DNA of 64,000 nucleotides from Desulfarculia bacterium (GTDB lineage Bacteria; Desulfobacterota; Desulfarculia; G963662305): NCBI GenBank assembly GCA_963662305.1, contig OY759352.1, positions 2,013,620 to 2,077,619 of the forward strand, read 5' to 3'. Shown piece by piece: positions 1 to 9,048 of this stretch (position 1 is its first letter; each line of letters starts with the position of its first letter). The notes under the pieces were generated by a model. It saw only the letters and a program-made list of their open reading frames with translations, ran no database searches and was not told where the DNA came from. The position numbers and the translations under genes were made by a program.

Positions 1-380
1 CCTGATTCAATGAGGTGAATATTCAGGGAGAGCCCATGGCGGGAGAAGACTTCGGCCAGGAGGCGGCCGTTTCGGTCCTTACCCCGAGGGGCGATCCTGA
101 CCCGGTGACCCTGGATCAGTAGCCGGAGGCTTTCGGCGGCGATCTTACCATAGGGTTGGTCCAGCTCGGGCGCGTCTATTTCGATAAGCCGAACCCGGAT
201 ATCCTGACCGGCTTCATCCCGGACAACAATGCTGTCTCCGTCAATAACCCGGACCACCACTCCCCACCAGGAGCGGCCAGCCCAACATGTAGTTGTCAGG
301 CCCAGGACCAGACAGATAAGGGTTGCCTGAAGGATCAAGCCCCGGGGGCGGATCGGTCTTTCCTTGCGGCCCGGTTCCAT
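1..380 (-). CDS. Secreted thermonuclease (SNase-like) family protein; partial, C-terminus beyond window start
   Basis: Manual minus-strand translation from ATG at 380..378: MEPGRKERPIRPRGLILQATLICLVLGLTTTCWAGRSWWGVVVRVIDGDSIVVRDEAGQDIRVRLIEIDAPELDQPYGKIAAESLRLLIQGHRVRIAPRGKDRNGRLLAEVF... Hydrophobic N-terminus then SNase-type core (RVIDGDS, VRLxxIDAPE). Frame open to position 1; absent from ORF track because it runs off the edge. Confidence 0.7.
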   Translation of the reverse strand, partial: MEPGRKERPIRPRGLILQATLICLVLGLTTTCWAGRSWWGVVVRVIDGDSIVVRDEAGQDIRVRLIEIDAPELDQPYGKIAAESLRLLIQGHRVRIAPRGKDRNGRLLAEVFSRHGLSLNIHLIES

Positions 381-849
381 AGCCAGAGGATAACCCACCT
401 TGCCGGGCCATGGCCAGGACGATCACGGGAGGCTATATCTCACAATGAGAACCGACTACCCCAAGCAATTGAACAGTCACCTGATTCATTTGTTCTTTCG
501 TTGGGCCCGTTGTATCAGCACGGCGGGCACGGCCAGGAGCAGGGCGGGGAACCTGGAGTATATCGGCCAGCTCGGCATAAGGCAGGATAAGACGACCCAG
601 ACGCCGGACTTTCGCGATATGGCAAGCCTTGGCGCGGTTGTGGTCAGCCTGATCGAGCTTGCAGCTAAATGTTGCTGGTTGATCGATTTTCAAGAATAGG
701 ATAATAAATCCTTGAATTGAACGGTAACAGCTATCGTCGCAAAAACCGGATGGCCAAAAGGTAGAACCTTATTATTAACACCTCAACTGGCATACTTATA
801 TTCTGTCCATGTGGCAATTTATTGTAAAAGTATTATGACATATACTAAT

Positions 850-1635
850 CTATGGGTATGGACCCGTAGGTAACGCCTTCATCACTATTTTTGAAACATC
901 ATTTGGTGTTGGGACTTCATAGCTGCTGTCAACCCTTTTTCTTACTTTACAGAGCCCATAGAGTAAATCCGCCACAAGCATGCCAGATTCACGGAATTGG
1001 GCCCTCATTTTGCGAGCGCTGCCTATTCCATGCCGTTGCCCAAATTCAAAATTTGCCATCCGTTTAAAATCCTTGATCTGGTTAAATGTAACGCCCATAT
1101 CATCTGCTAGTTCACGCCAGCCAATGGCCCCTGCCTTCAAGAGCCATTCCATCCCTCTATACATATAAAATATAGATTCTACCGGATTGAGAAGAGCGTG
1201 GTACGCATCGTCAGCAGCCCTTCTGAATAAATCATTTTGACATATAAACCGATACCAATCAGTGAAAGAGTTGGTTCCCTCATCCGTCTCGCTTTTTTCG
1301 ATATCACGAAGATCTAAATGAGTGATAAAATTTACCTCATCAGATTCAATATTATTAAATATAACTCTTCCCATGGATGTTGCCTTGAACAACCCCAAAC
1401 CGCCCAAAAACAAAGCTGTAACAACCCTATTCACCATAAAATGACTATCTGCACACTCGTCCTCAAAATCAGAACCTAAACCAGTACCAATTCTTATCAA
1501 ATATGCTCTGGTGCCTCCGCAATTAATAAACCATTCTATACAAGTTTCTTTTTCAATATAATGAATATCAAGTTTTGGCACAAAAAAGCCCCAATCATTT
1601 ACTAAACTAAATACTGATGTCACAATATCTATCAT
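850..1635 (-). CDS. Hypothetical protein (island cargo, no recognisable domain)
   Basis: 261-aa ORF in AT-rich island, codon usage matches neighbouring island genes. Contains an R-x6-H pattern (RRAADDAYH) reminiscent of HEPN motifs, but this is weak. Confidence 0.5.
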   Translation of the reverse strand: MIDIVTSVFSLVNDWGFFVPKLDIHYIEKETCIEWFINCGGTRAYLIRIGTGLGSDFEDECADSHFMVNRVVTALFLGGLGLFKATSMGRVIFNNIESDEVNFITHLDLRDIEKSETDEGTNSFTDWYRFICQNDLFRRAADDAYHALLNPVESIFYMYRGMEWLLKAGAIGWRELADDMGVTFNQIKDFKRMANFEFGQRHGIGSARKMRAQFRESGMLVADLLYGLCKVRKRVDSSYEVPTPNDVSKIVMKALPTGPYP

Positions 1636-2057
1636 ATCGAAAATACTCCTAAGGCTAAGCAGTAATTAGATGTATGGGTTGAAATTACGGATCGACATAA
1701 GGCTTCCATTTTTAAAAGCACATCCACTATAATTAACATATTCAACTAAGCTTTCATTTTAAGAGGCTGCAACTGTTTCTAAATATGGTTGCGAATTATT
1801 TTGGTATCCAATATTTTCCTGATCTATAAATACTCCACTATCGGATAATTATGAGTAACTCTGCCCTCCCCAACACTACATCTCCCAGTCCTTACATTTT
1901 TCAAATCAGATCGGGGCACCAATAATAGACATAATGTTCATTGGAAACCAATGTTTTACTGCCCCTTATACGAAAAACAATGTGGATAAGGCAGCTTAAT
2001 TTCTGCTAACTTTTAGATGAAAGTTAACCCATCAAGAAGAGCCTCAGAAAATAGATC

Positions 2058-2987
2058 TCAAATTGACAAGCATTTTTTTAAAAAACGAATAGCGTCAAAA
2101 CAATTTTGGGGTGTAGTCCCGCTACGTAGTTCAACCACGCACAACGTTTCTGGTCCTATATGATCTTGGATATCATATTCGTTGAAATTATCCTTATTAG
2201 GAGGGACATGATCATTTGATAACCCATCTACTCCATGCAGATGAAATCCAAGACAATATTCTCCATAACGATCAAGCCATTGTCTATTTTTCCATAGACC
2301 GATATTTTCTAAAATTTTCCCATGGCCATAGTCATGCCAATATCCAAGATTTGCCGAACCAACCTCCGTTAAAATAATATGCAGTGAATCAAAATCGGGG
2401 ATGCAATGATGATAGCATCGGTTTTCCAAGGCAATTTTTATGTCATCGTTATTAGAACAAACTTCTCTTATGCTTTTTATTGAGTTTTCCAAATAGGGCT
2501 CTAACGTTTTCAAGTTGTTTTTCTGCTGCCTCAGGAACATATCCTTCAGCTCATCAATACTTATTTCTTCATTATGGCATAAACGATAATTCTGAATCAA
2601 TCGGTATAAATTATTTAATCCTAGATCATTTGATGCAACCTCATTGACTCCTGCATGAACAATGACCAATTTTACACCTAACGCTCTTGCGGTTCCAATT
2701 GTTGCATTTAATAACTCGACACCGTATCTTCTTTTTTCAGCATCAGTAGATGCAAGATAATCTCCATAAATATCAGAACGTAAATTATTAAAATTACAAC
2801 AAACATTGTGAAGGCTACTTATTCCAACATTATACTTGGCAATTAGAGTTTTTAGAACAGACACATCAACAGGACTGACATGGGGGCTAAGCTCATAATT
2901 TTTGATCCCCAATTTTGAGTATGTACTGAGATTTTCTTCTAAGGCTATAGACCCACCCTCAAACACAGAGGTTGACAAAGATATCAT
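2058..2987 (-). CDS. Xylose isomerase-like TIM-barrel protein (sugar phosphate isomerase/epimerase / AP-endonuclease-2 superfamily)
   Basis: 309 aa; motifs KLVIVHAG, KIALEN, GFHLHGVDG, DHVPP typical of the metal-binding TIM barrel shared by sugar-phosphate isomerases and endonuclease IV; start overlaps upstream gene stop by 4 nt. Confidence 0.6.
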   Translation of the reverse strand: MISLSTSVFEGGSIALEENLSTYSKLGIKNYELSPHVSPVDVSVLKTLIAKYNVGISSLHNVCCNFNNLRSDIYGDYLASTDAEKRRYGVELLNATIGTARALGVKLVIVHAGVNEVASNDLGLNNLYRLIQNYRLCHNEEISIDELKDMFLRQQKNNLKTLEPYLENSIKSIREVCSNNDDIKIALENRCYHHCIPDFDSLHIILTEVGSANLGYWHDYGHGKILENIGLWKNRQWLDRYGEYCLGFHLHGVDGLSNDHVPPNKDNFNEYDIQDHIGPETLCVVELRSGTTPQNCFDAIRFLKKCLSI

Positions 2988-3406
2988 TTATCAATTTTCT
3001 CCTTAAAAACACTAAATATCTTTTCAACTGTTTTTATCCAGAATCTGAATATGTATTTTTGAGAAAGGTTTTTGCTAAAGAAACCGATCCAAGGAAAAAT
3101 CACCAACAAAACAAAAAGGGACAGAAAAACTAAAAAGAACAATAGATCCTTGTCCGATTTTCTGTAAATATAAAACAACGACATTACAACAATTAAAAAA
3201 ATACATATCGAACCAATCATTGAATAAAGAAGCAATTTGCGATTATCACTTCCATTATCCTTATCGCTTCTTTGAATGACCTCTATTTTTTGAGAATTAT
3301 GTATATCTTCAACGGTTTGTTTATTAGCTTCATGCATATTCTGTTTTATGTTGATATCTTTGCTATTGGTAATGTTGCCAATATATTGTTTTTTCGAATA
3401 ACTCAT
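2984..3406 (-). CDS. Small membrane protein (two predicted TM helices), hypothetical
   Basis: ORF 2984-3448; internal ATG at 3406 preceded by GAGGAG at a 7-nt spacing and lying after the upstream stop; hydrophobic stretches ICIFLIVVMSLFYIY and LLFFLVFLSLFVLLVIFPWIGFF. Confidence 0.5.
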   Translation of the reverse strand: MSYSKKQYIGNITNSKDINIKQNMHEANKQTVEDIHNSQKIEVIQRSDKDNGSDNRKLLLYSMIGSICIFLIVVMSLFYIYRKSDKDLLFFLVFLSLFVLLVIFPWIGFFSKNLSQKYIFRFWIKTVEKIFSVFKEKIDK

Positions 3407-3417
3407 AATCATGCTCC

Positions 3418-4047
3418 TCAGGAAGGCTTTCTTGCAATCAATCGGCATAAACTATGTTCATGTTCTTCGTCACAAGATGGGTGGGTCTCTGAAATAATCC
3501 CATTCTCGAAATCGATAATTTCCCAGTCGCTGTAATAAGTTTTAATCAACTCGTCAAATTTTAAAAATGTAGGTTCAAGATACCCCTGTGCAGGCGGAAC
3601 CGGCAAATCATCAGTAAATGTGCAAACAACATTAATTCCTCCCGGCAATGTCAAATCATGCATTTTCTTGATAGCAGCATTAATTTCATCTTTTGTGCGC
3701 AAGGCGTGAAGTAAGCCATAGGCTACTATTAAATCGAATTTATCTGAAAATTCAAACTTAAGAACATCACCTCTAATTATTGTTATCTCATCACCCAATT
3801 TTTCTTCAATTACCCAATCAATAAAATTCCTTATTGCATGTACAGAGACATCAATTGCAGTTACAGAAAAACTGTTTTTAGCAAGGTAAATCGAGTTTTT
3901 TCCCTCTCCTGCCCCCAAGTCTAAAGCTTTGCCATTGTTAATATAATTTATGACTTTTTTAACAAACTTCGCTGGCTCTCTTCCCCATGCACAAGGTGAA
4001 GACATATACTCAATGTCATACTGTCCCTTGCCTTTCTCGATCTTCAT
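3418..4047 (-). CDS. SAM-dependent methyltransferase, TehB-like
   Basis: Motif I LDLGAGEGKNSIYLA and overall layout resemble TehB-type class I methyltransferases; start taken at ATG 4047 (AGGGGTGA upstream) which abuts the stop of the upstream NTPase gene. Confidence 0.7.
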   Translation of the reverse strand: MKIEKGKGQYDIEYMSSPCAWGREPAKFVKKVINYINNGKALDLGAGEGKNSIYLAKNSFSVTAIDVSVHAIRNFIDWVIEEKLGDEITIIRGDVLKFEFSDKFDLIVAYGLLHALRTKDEINAAIKKMHDLTLPGGINVVCTFTDDLPVPPAQGYLEPTFLKFDELIKTYYSDWEIIDFENGIISETHPSCDEEHEHSLCRLIARKPS

Positions 4048-4051
4048 TTCA

Positions 4052-6901
4052 TCACCCCTTAATTTCGTCATTAAAATATTGGATTGCCCTCTTAGTTTCC
4101 AAATCCTCTACATGAATTATATTTCTAATTCTATCTGCTGCTCTTTCAGCTCTAAGGCGCCCCAACCCATAAATTGCCCTCACTCTAATTATGTTGCTAA
4201 AATCGTCTAAGCACTCTATCAACCCTCCAATCGCAGTCTCACCACCTAACTCAGACAATGCGTATACAACTCTCTCGCGGATGTCCTCGTCTGGATGATA
4301 AACAAATTTTATTAACTCTTCGGCACTAGAAGGTTCACCTATGTTTTGTAAGGCAACAATTACGTTACATAAGCTTAGCCCAGAAAATTCATTGAGACAT
4401 TTGTGCAATGCCTGAACAGCAGAAGCCTGTTTCATATTTCCCAATGCAGATATCGCTGCGTCCCTTGCATCCTGACTCTCGTCATTATCTATAAAGTCAA
4501 TCAAAAGGTTAACAACTTCATCGCTATCAAAATATGAAAGCCTCTCTATGGCTTTTATTTTTGTCGAAGTGTTGCCGTCAACCAGACTTTCTATTAAGTT
4601 ATTTCTTGAAACAGTAGCCTCCTGCCTTTGCAATGCTATAAAAGCAGCCTCCCTTACGTTTGATGCGGTATCATTCAAAAGCGTGCTAAGCGCTGACTCA
4701 ACATTTTTGGAGGCAATTTTCCCAACACAATAACATGCGGACTCCCTGACATAACTGATGCTATCAGACAATCCCTCTATATAAACGTTTATATATTTCT
4801 CATCAACGTGCTCGCCTAAAACCTCGAAAACAGATTCTCTAACAAAAGAATTAGGATCATCCGAGCATTTTGATATAGCGTCAACAGTAGAGGAGTCTCC
4901 AAAGAAACCTAAAGCGATAATCGCTCTCTTTCTTAATCTAGCATCAGAATGGTTAAGCATTCCGATCAATAATTCTCTAGCCTCAGAGGTTTTGCTTTTC
5001 CCAAGCAGTGAAATACCCTGAAGCTTAACTAAAACCTCTTCATCCTCAAGAGCCAAGCGTCCATAATCAAATAGTTGCTTTGGCTGAAAACAATAGACCA
5101 TGCCCGCATAAACAGCAGATCTAATCAATACTTCCGGATCAGATGTTAGCTTATGCAAAATTGTTGAGATTTCTTCTGGAAAAAAATTGAGAGAATATTT
5201 TAGAAATCCCCACCTAATGTTCACTCGTACATTAATATCAGATATCAATTTAAATATATGCTTTTTTATTTTGGAAGGCATAGACTCTTTAACCAAGCTA
5301 TAAATGTCAGCATCGAATAAATTTTTGTCAATAGAACCTTTCTTAAAATAGTCGTATAAGTATTCAAACGATTCTAAACTATTGTGAATCAAAAACATAA
5401 ATACTTCAGCTTTCTTTAAGTACTTTCTATTGTGCTCCAACAAATGCTTAATGAAGATATTTGCAATTTTATCGAAGGGTATGTTCTTAAAGCGTCTAAT
5501 GATATCCCTGTTTTCACTTCTCGACCCACATTCTTTTAGACTGAGTGCAAGAAAAATAGTCTCTACTACGGTTAACTCAATCTCATTTATCCAGGGTTCA
5601 ACAACTTCCAATCGATCCTTTCCCATAAAAATGTCGTAACGCACCCACTGTGTAACACCTTCAGCGACCAAGTCATGAACACCTTGAATGCGGTCAGCGG
5701 CAAGGTATCTACTCTTTACAATTTCAATCATTGCATCATGACATAACATATATGCTGACTTTTTAACCGGGAGAACAAGTTTTACACCAATTAGAGAATC
5801 TATCAACTCATTAACATATCCCTGGTCATACCCCTCTAATTGGCTCACCAAGTCTGATAAATTTACACATCTGGTTGTTCCTTTTGTACCGCACAAAAAT
5901 TTTAGAACCTTCAAAAGTTCCCCTCTCTGGTAAGCGGGAAAAGCTACCAGCTTTTTATCTAAAAAGCTTCCATATATACCATCAACTCTCCCTAATCTTT
6001 CATAGGCATCAAATCCAGTGATTTCTTTGCCTACAATCTCATCAAAAACAGCGCTGCAAACAAGTTGTAATTCTAATGGATTTACTTCTCTATTTATACT
6101 CAAGTCTCTAAAAATATGTGTCCTTAATTTTTCATCGAAAATAATCCCGCTTTTTTTTGAGCAATATTCGAAAAGGTCATTACACGCATCGTGACTAATT
6201 CCTGTTAGACTAAATATTTCACTGAATAATCTTGGTAAGTTTTTCAAAAATCCTACCAGCTTATAGAGATATGTATCCCTAACACTTAAAATAACATTTA
6301 CTTTAAAAATTGATTGATATGCTAAAAGGCACAATGAAAATAATATTTTATCAAAACTATTTATATTAGGTGAATCAATTATGTTTTCCACTTGGTCATA
6401 AATAAATATAACATTACTTTCTATCTGATAGCCTTCAAAAAGCCTGTAAATATTTGTGTCAAACAATTGCTTATCTTCATTTGAAAGTTTCAAATCTACA
6501 GAAACGGTATTAATTGTTTGATTTATATCAACTTTCTTTGATGACAAAATATCGCCAACACTCTGTTCGTGTGTACCATTTTCAGCATAGCTTTTTCGTT
6601 TAACTCCACTAACTTCAACACTTGATTTTATTGATTCAACTAAGATATCAACTGTTTGTCCAGGAAGGGCTTCCTCATATATAACTACGCTGCCGTTCTC
6701 AACTAAATATGGACACAGACAGGCTTTAAAAAAAGAAGACTTCCCAACACCAAGAGGTCCAGAAAAAATTTGAACACTGTTTTCAGAATCATCTAAATGA
6801 CTACAGAAGGACTTCAAATCTTCATTTCGGCCAACACATAACCATGAGTTAGCAGATGAAATCGTACGAAAGGGAGAAAACGGATTGCTCTTATTGCTCA
6901 C
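4052..6901 (-). CDS. Large P-loop NTPase (STAND/NACHT-like) with C-terminal HEAT/PBS-lyase-type repeats
   Basis: 949 aa; Walker A GPLGVGKSS near residue 50, Walker B-like IFIYDQVE; C-terminal ~300 aa of repeated ~30-aa units (VRESxxxxLG, NVREAAFIAL, DIRERVVYAL, IIRVRAIYGL) typical of HEAT-like repeats; only ~40 aa precede the P-loop. Confidence 0.7.
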   Translation of the reverse strand: MSNKSNPFSPFRTISSANSWLCVGRNEDLKSFCSHLDDSENSVQIFSGPLGVGKSSFFKACLCPYLVENGSVVIYEEALPGQTVDILVESIKSSVEVSGVKRKSYAENGTHEQSVGDILSSKKVDINQTINTVSVDLKLSNEDKQLFDTNIYRLFEGYQIESNVIFIYDQVENIIDSPNINSFDKILFSLCLLAYQSIFKVNVILSVRDTYLYKLVGFLKNLPRLFSEIFSLTGISHDACNDLFEYCSKKSGIIFDEKLRTHIFRDLSINREVNPLELQLVCSAVFDEIVGKEITGFDAYERLGRVDGIYGSFLDKKLVAFPAYQRGELLKVLKFLCGTKGTTRCVNLSDLVSQLEGYDQGYVNELIDSLIGVKLVLPVKKSAYMLCHDAMIEIVKSRYLAADRIQGVHDLVAEGVTQWVRYDIFMGKDRLEVVEPWINEIELTVVETIFLALSLKECGSRSENRDIIRRFKNIPFDKIANIFIKHLLEHNRKYLKKAEVFMFLIHNSLESFEYLYDYFKKGSIDKNLFDADIYSLVKESMPSKIKKHIFKLISDINVRVNIRWGFLKYSLNFFPEEISTILHKLTSDPEVLIRSAVYAGMVYCFQPKQLFDYGRLALEDEEVLVKLQGISLLGKSKTSEARELLIGMLNHSDARLRKRAIIALGFFGDSSTVDAISKCSDDPNSFVRESVFEVLGEHVDEKYINVYIEGLSDSISYVRESACYCVGKIASKNVESALSTLLNDTASNVREAAFIALQRQEATVSRNNLIESLVDGNTSTKIKAIERLSYFDSDEVVNLLIDFIDNDESQDARDAAISALGNMKQASAVQALHKCLNEFSGLSLCNVIVALQNIGEPSSAEELIKFVYHPDEDIRERVVYALSELGGETAIGGLIECLDDFSNIIRVRAIYGLGRLRAERAADRIRNIIHVEDLETKRAIQYFNDEIKG

Positions 6902-8120
6902 AGAAGTACCTATTTATTTGATCTAGAGCTGAATACACAGATTCTTTCCCAATTTGTCCAGCTACCGCTTTTTCATTCAAAAGAGCTATATTCAGGAACA
7001 ATTCTAAACCTTTCTCTTGAAGTATTCGTGGTATTAGGCCACCAAGGTCGTTCACATTTTCTGGAATTGACTCTAATTCTGGCCTGAATTTTAATGCTAA
7101 CCTAAATACTTCCATCACACCATCAGTTATACATTTTTGATTAATTAAATCACTTGATATCTCTTTGAGAATTGGTTCAATTGGACTTGTGTTCACATTG
7201 CCAAAACTTTTTGTATTTGCACCATATAAATAAACCTCTCCATCAGGTCTTATTCCCAAATTCATACCACCACCATACACACAAGGCCATAGAGAACCGT
7301 ATGCTTCTTTGGCCACATCGACACCTCCAGAAAAATCCATATATTTAGTATTTGCCACTCTTATATGTGTATCTAAAACAAGAGTTTTCCTTGTTACTAA
7401 AATTACTTCACCACCATTTAAAATCAATTTCTCTTGAAAGTTGCTAAGCTTGACCAAACGGCCATTCAATAACTTACTCAAATCGGACACGGACCTGTCA
7501 TTTGACAACAATGATCTTATTTCTATTTTTATTGGGAAATTTTGATTTTTGTTTTTGTATTTTACAAACCTCTTTATCGCTGCACATATATTAAGTAATG
7601 GAATTTTTTTTGAATGAAAGTCGTCAACACTCAACCTTAAAACGAATCTGCTTAAATATTTTGCTTTTTTTACTGAATCTACTATCGTCTTGAAAAACAG
7701 ATCGAACTCGTCTTTTGCTACTGACCAATGACCTGAAGTAGCCAAAACGATACTTTTGCAAGTGGAATTATTAACAATAAAATTAACCATATCCATATTA
7801 AGTGTTGGCTCTCCACCACCGGTTAAAAATAGTTCTTCAATATTCTTCCTTTTTACAAAGTCAAGACAGTGATTGATAGCTTTAAAACCAAGGCTTTTTG
7901 CGTTTTTTGAATTCTTACTATTGCTAATTGAATACTTACAGTGAGAACAGTTAACATTGCATAGATTTGTCAATTCAATGGTAAGTCTATATAAATTAAA
8001 AACATTATGGAATTTACTCATTACGTGGCCATAGAAGAATTCAGTTGCCCCCTTTATGTCACCAACTGAGTTGACAGTTTCTTTTATAAGACTGAGTTGT
8101 ATATTGAATTTGCTACACAT
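6891..8120 (-). CDS. Radical SAM protein (no SPASM/twitch domain evident)
   Basis: 409 aa; CxxxCxxC cluster motif CNVNCSHC followed by glycine-rich SAM motif LTGGGEPTL; AGGA 6 nt upstream of ATG at 8120; first gene of the island operon. Confidence 0.75.
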   Translation of the reverse strand: MCSKFNIQLSLIKETVNSVGDIKGATEFFYGHVMSKFHNVFNLYRLTIELTNLCNVNCSHCKYSISNSKNSKNAKSLGFKAINHCLDFVKRKNIEELFLTGGGEPTLNMDMVNFIVNNSTCKSIVLATSGHWSVAKDEFDLFFKTIVDSVKKAKYLSRFVLRLSVDDFHSKKIPLLNICAAIKRFVKYKNKNQNFPIKIEIRSLLSNDRSVSDLSKLLNGRLVKLSNFQEKLILNGGEVILVTRKTLVLDTHIRVANTKYMDFSGGVDVAKEAYGSLWPCVYGGGMNLGIRPDGEVYLYGANTKSFGNVNTSPIEPILKEISSDLINQKCITDGVMEVFRLALKFRPELESIPENVNDLGGLIPRILQEKGLELFLNIALLNEKAVAGQIGKESVYSALDQINRYFCEQ

Positions 8121-9048
8121 AACAAATCCTAATCAAAAACTGCTTTATAAAAAGCAACACCTATTTTATTATTTTCAAGAAACGAGCTAATGATTCTTTA
8201 ACTTTTCTGTTAGAGTATGAGTTTATGACCTTTTCCCCTTAAAAAATTAGGATTATATCCCAGTATCAGCTTAGTAATCGGATGTAAATCTAAAACTTCG
8301 ACGAACTCGTTGAATGGAAATCAAGGATGTACTTATGGTATAAATGCTCAGATTAACTTATCAAATTTGCTGAGCAGACTACACTCACCAGTCATCTCTC
8401 CTCTACACAGCCAGATTTGCCCATACTTGCATTATATATGAACGCGGTAATCGAAAACGATTATGGTGGTATCATCCTGAATTACCCCGGATTTAATTCC
8501 TAATCATTAGACTGGGCATAGGATGCCCTTTGAAACCTCCAGACTAAACACCGAACTTACGTCCCGTGATCGAAGCATTGAGCCTTCTTCAAAGACCTTA
8601 CAATGACTATACGAGTCATTTTGAGTATATCTCTTCATAAGTGCTCTGGTCAAACAATCGGATTAGCAATTGGTTTAGCCGAATAAAGAATCATAGTTAC
8701 GAGCCAAGAGAAAGCCGAAACAACATGAAAGTACCTCCGGCGGTAATAAGGAAGCACCCTGCCACCAGGGGGGCCGGAAGCCGAAACGGGCCCAGATGGA
8801 GAACTACCGGAAGCTGTTCAGCCTTATGATGGCCGGGGCTCTGGCACGTCTGGAGGCGGAGGCCAGGGTTAAGGGCTACCTGGATTAGGCCGGAGAGCAT
8901 AGCCAGGCGCACAGATCCGGCCCAGGAGAGACGATCTTAGGCCAATACATACCCACGGGTAAAAAGAGATCGGGCCTTTCAGACCAAATACGGAAGCCCG
9001 GTACCATGGGGGCCGGGTTTTCTATTCCCAGGGAGAGAGGCGGCGGGT

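Noticed and set aside
156-699. ORFs 156-590 (+), 400-699 (+), 433-693 (-) at the left edge
   Set aside because: 156-590 overlaps the manually identified thermonuclease gene on the opposite strand and is low-complexity; the ORFs in 400-700 have no recognisable motifs and may be remnants of a gene truncated at the island boundary. Not enough evidence to annotate.
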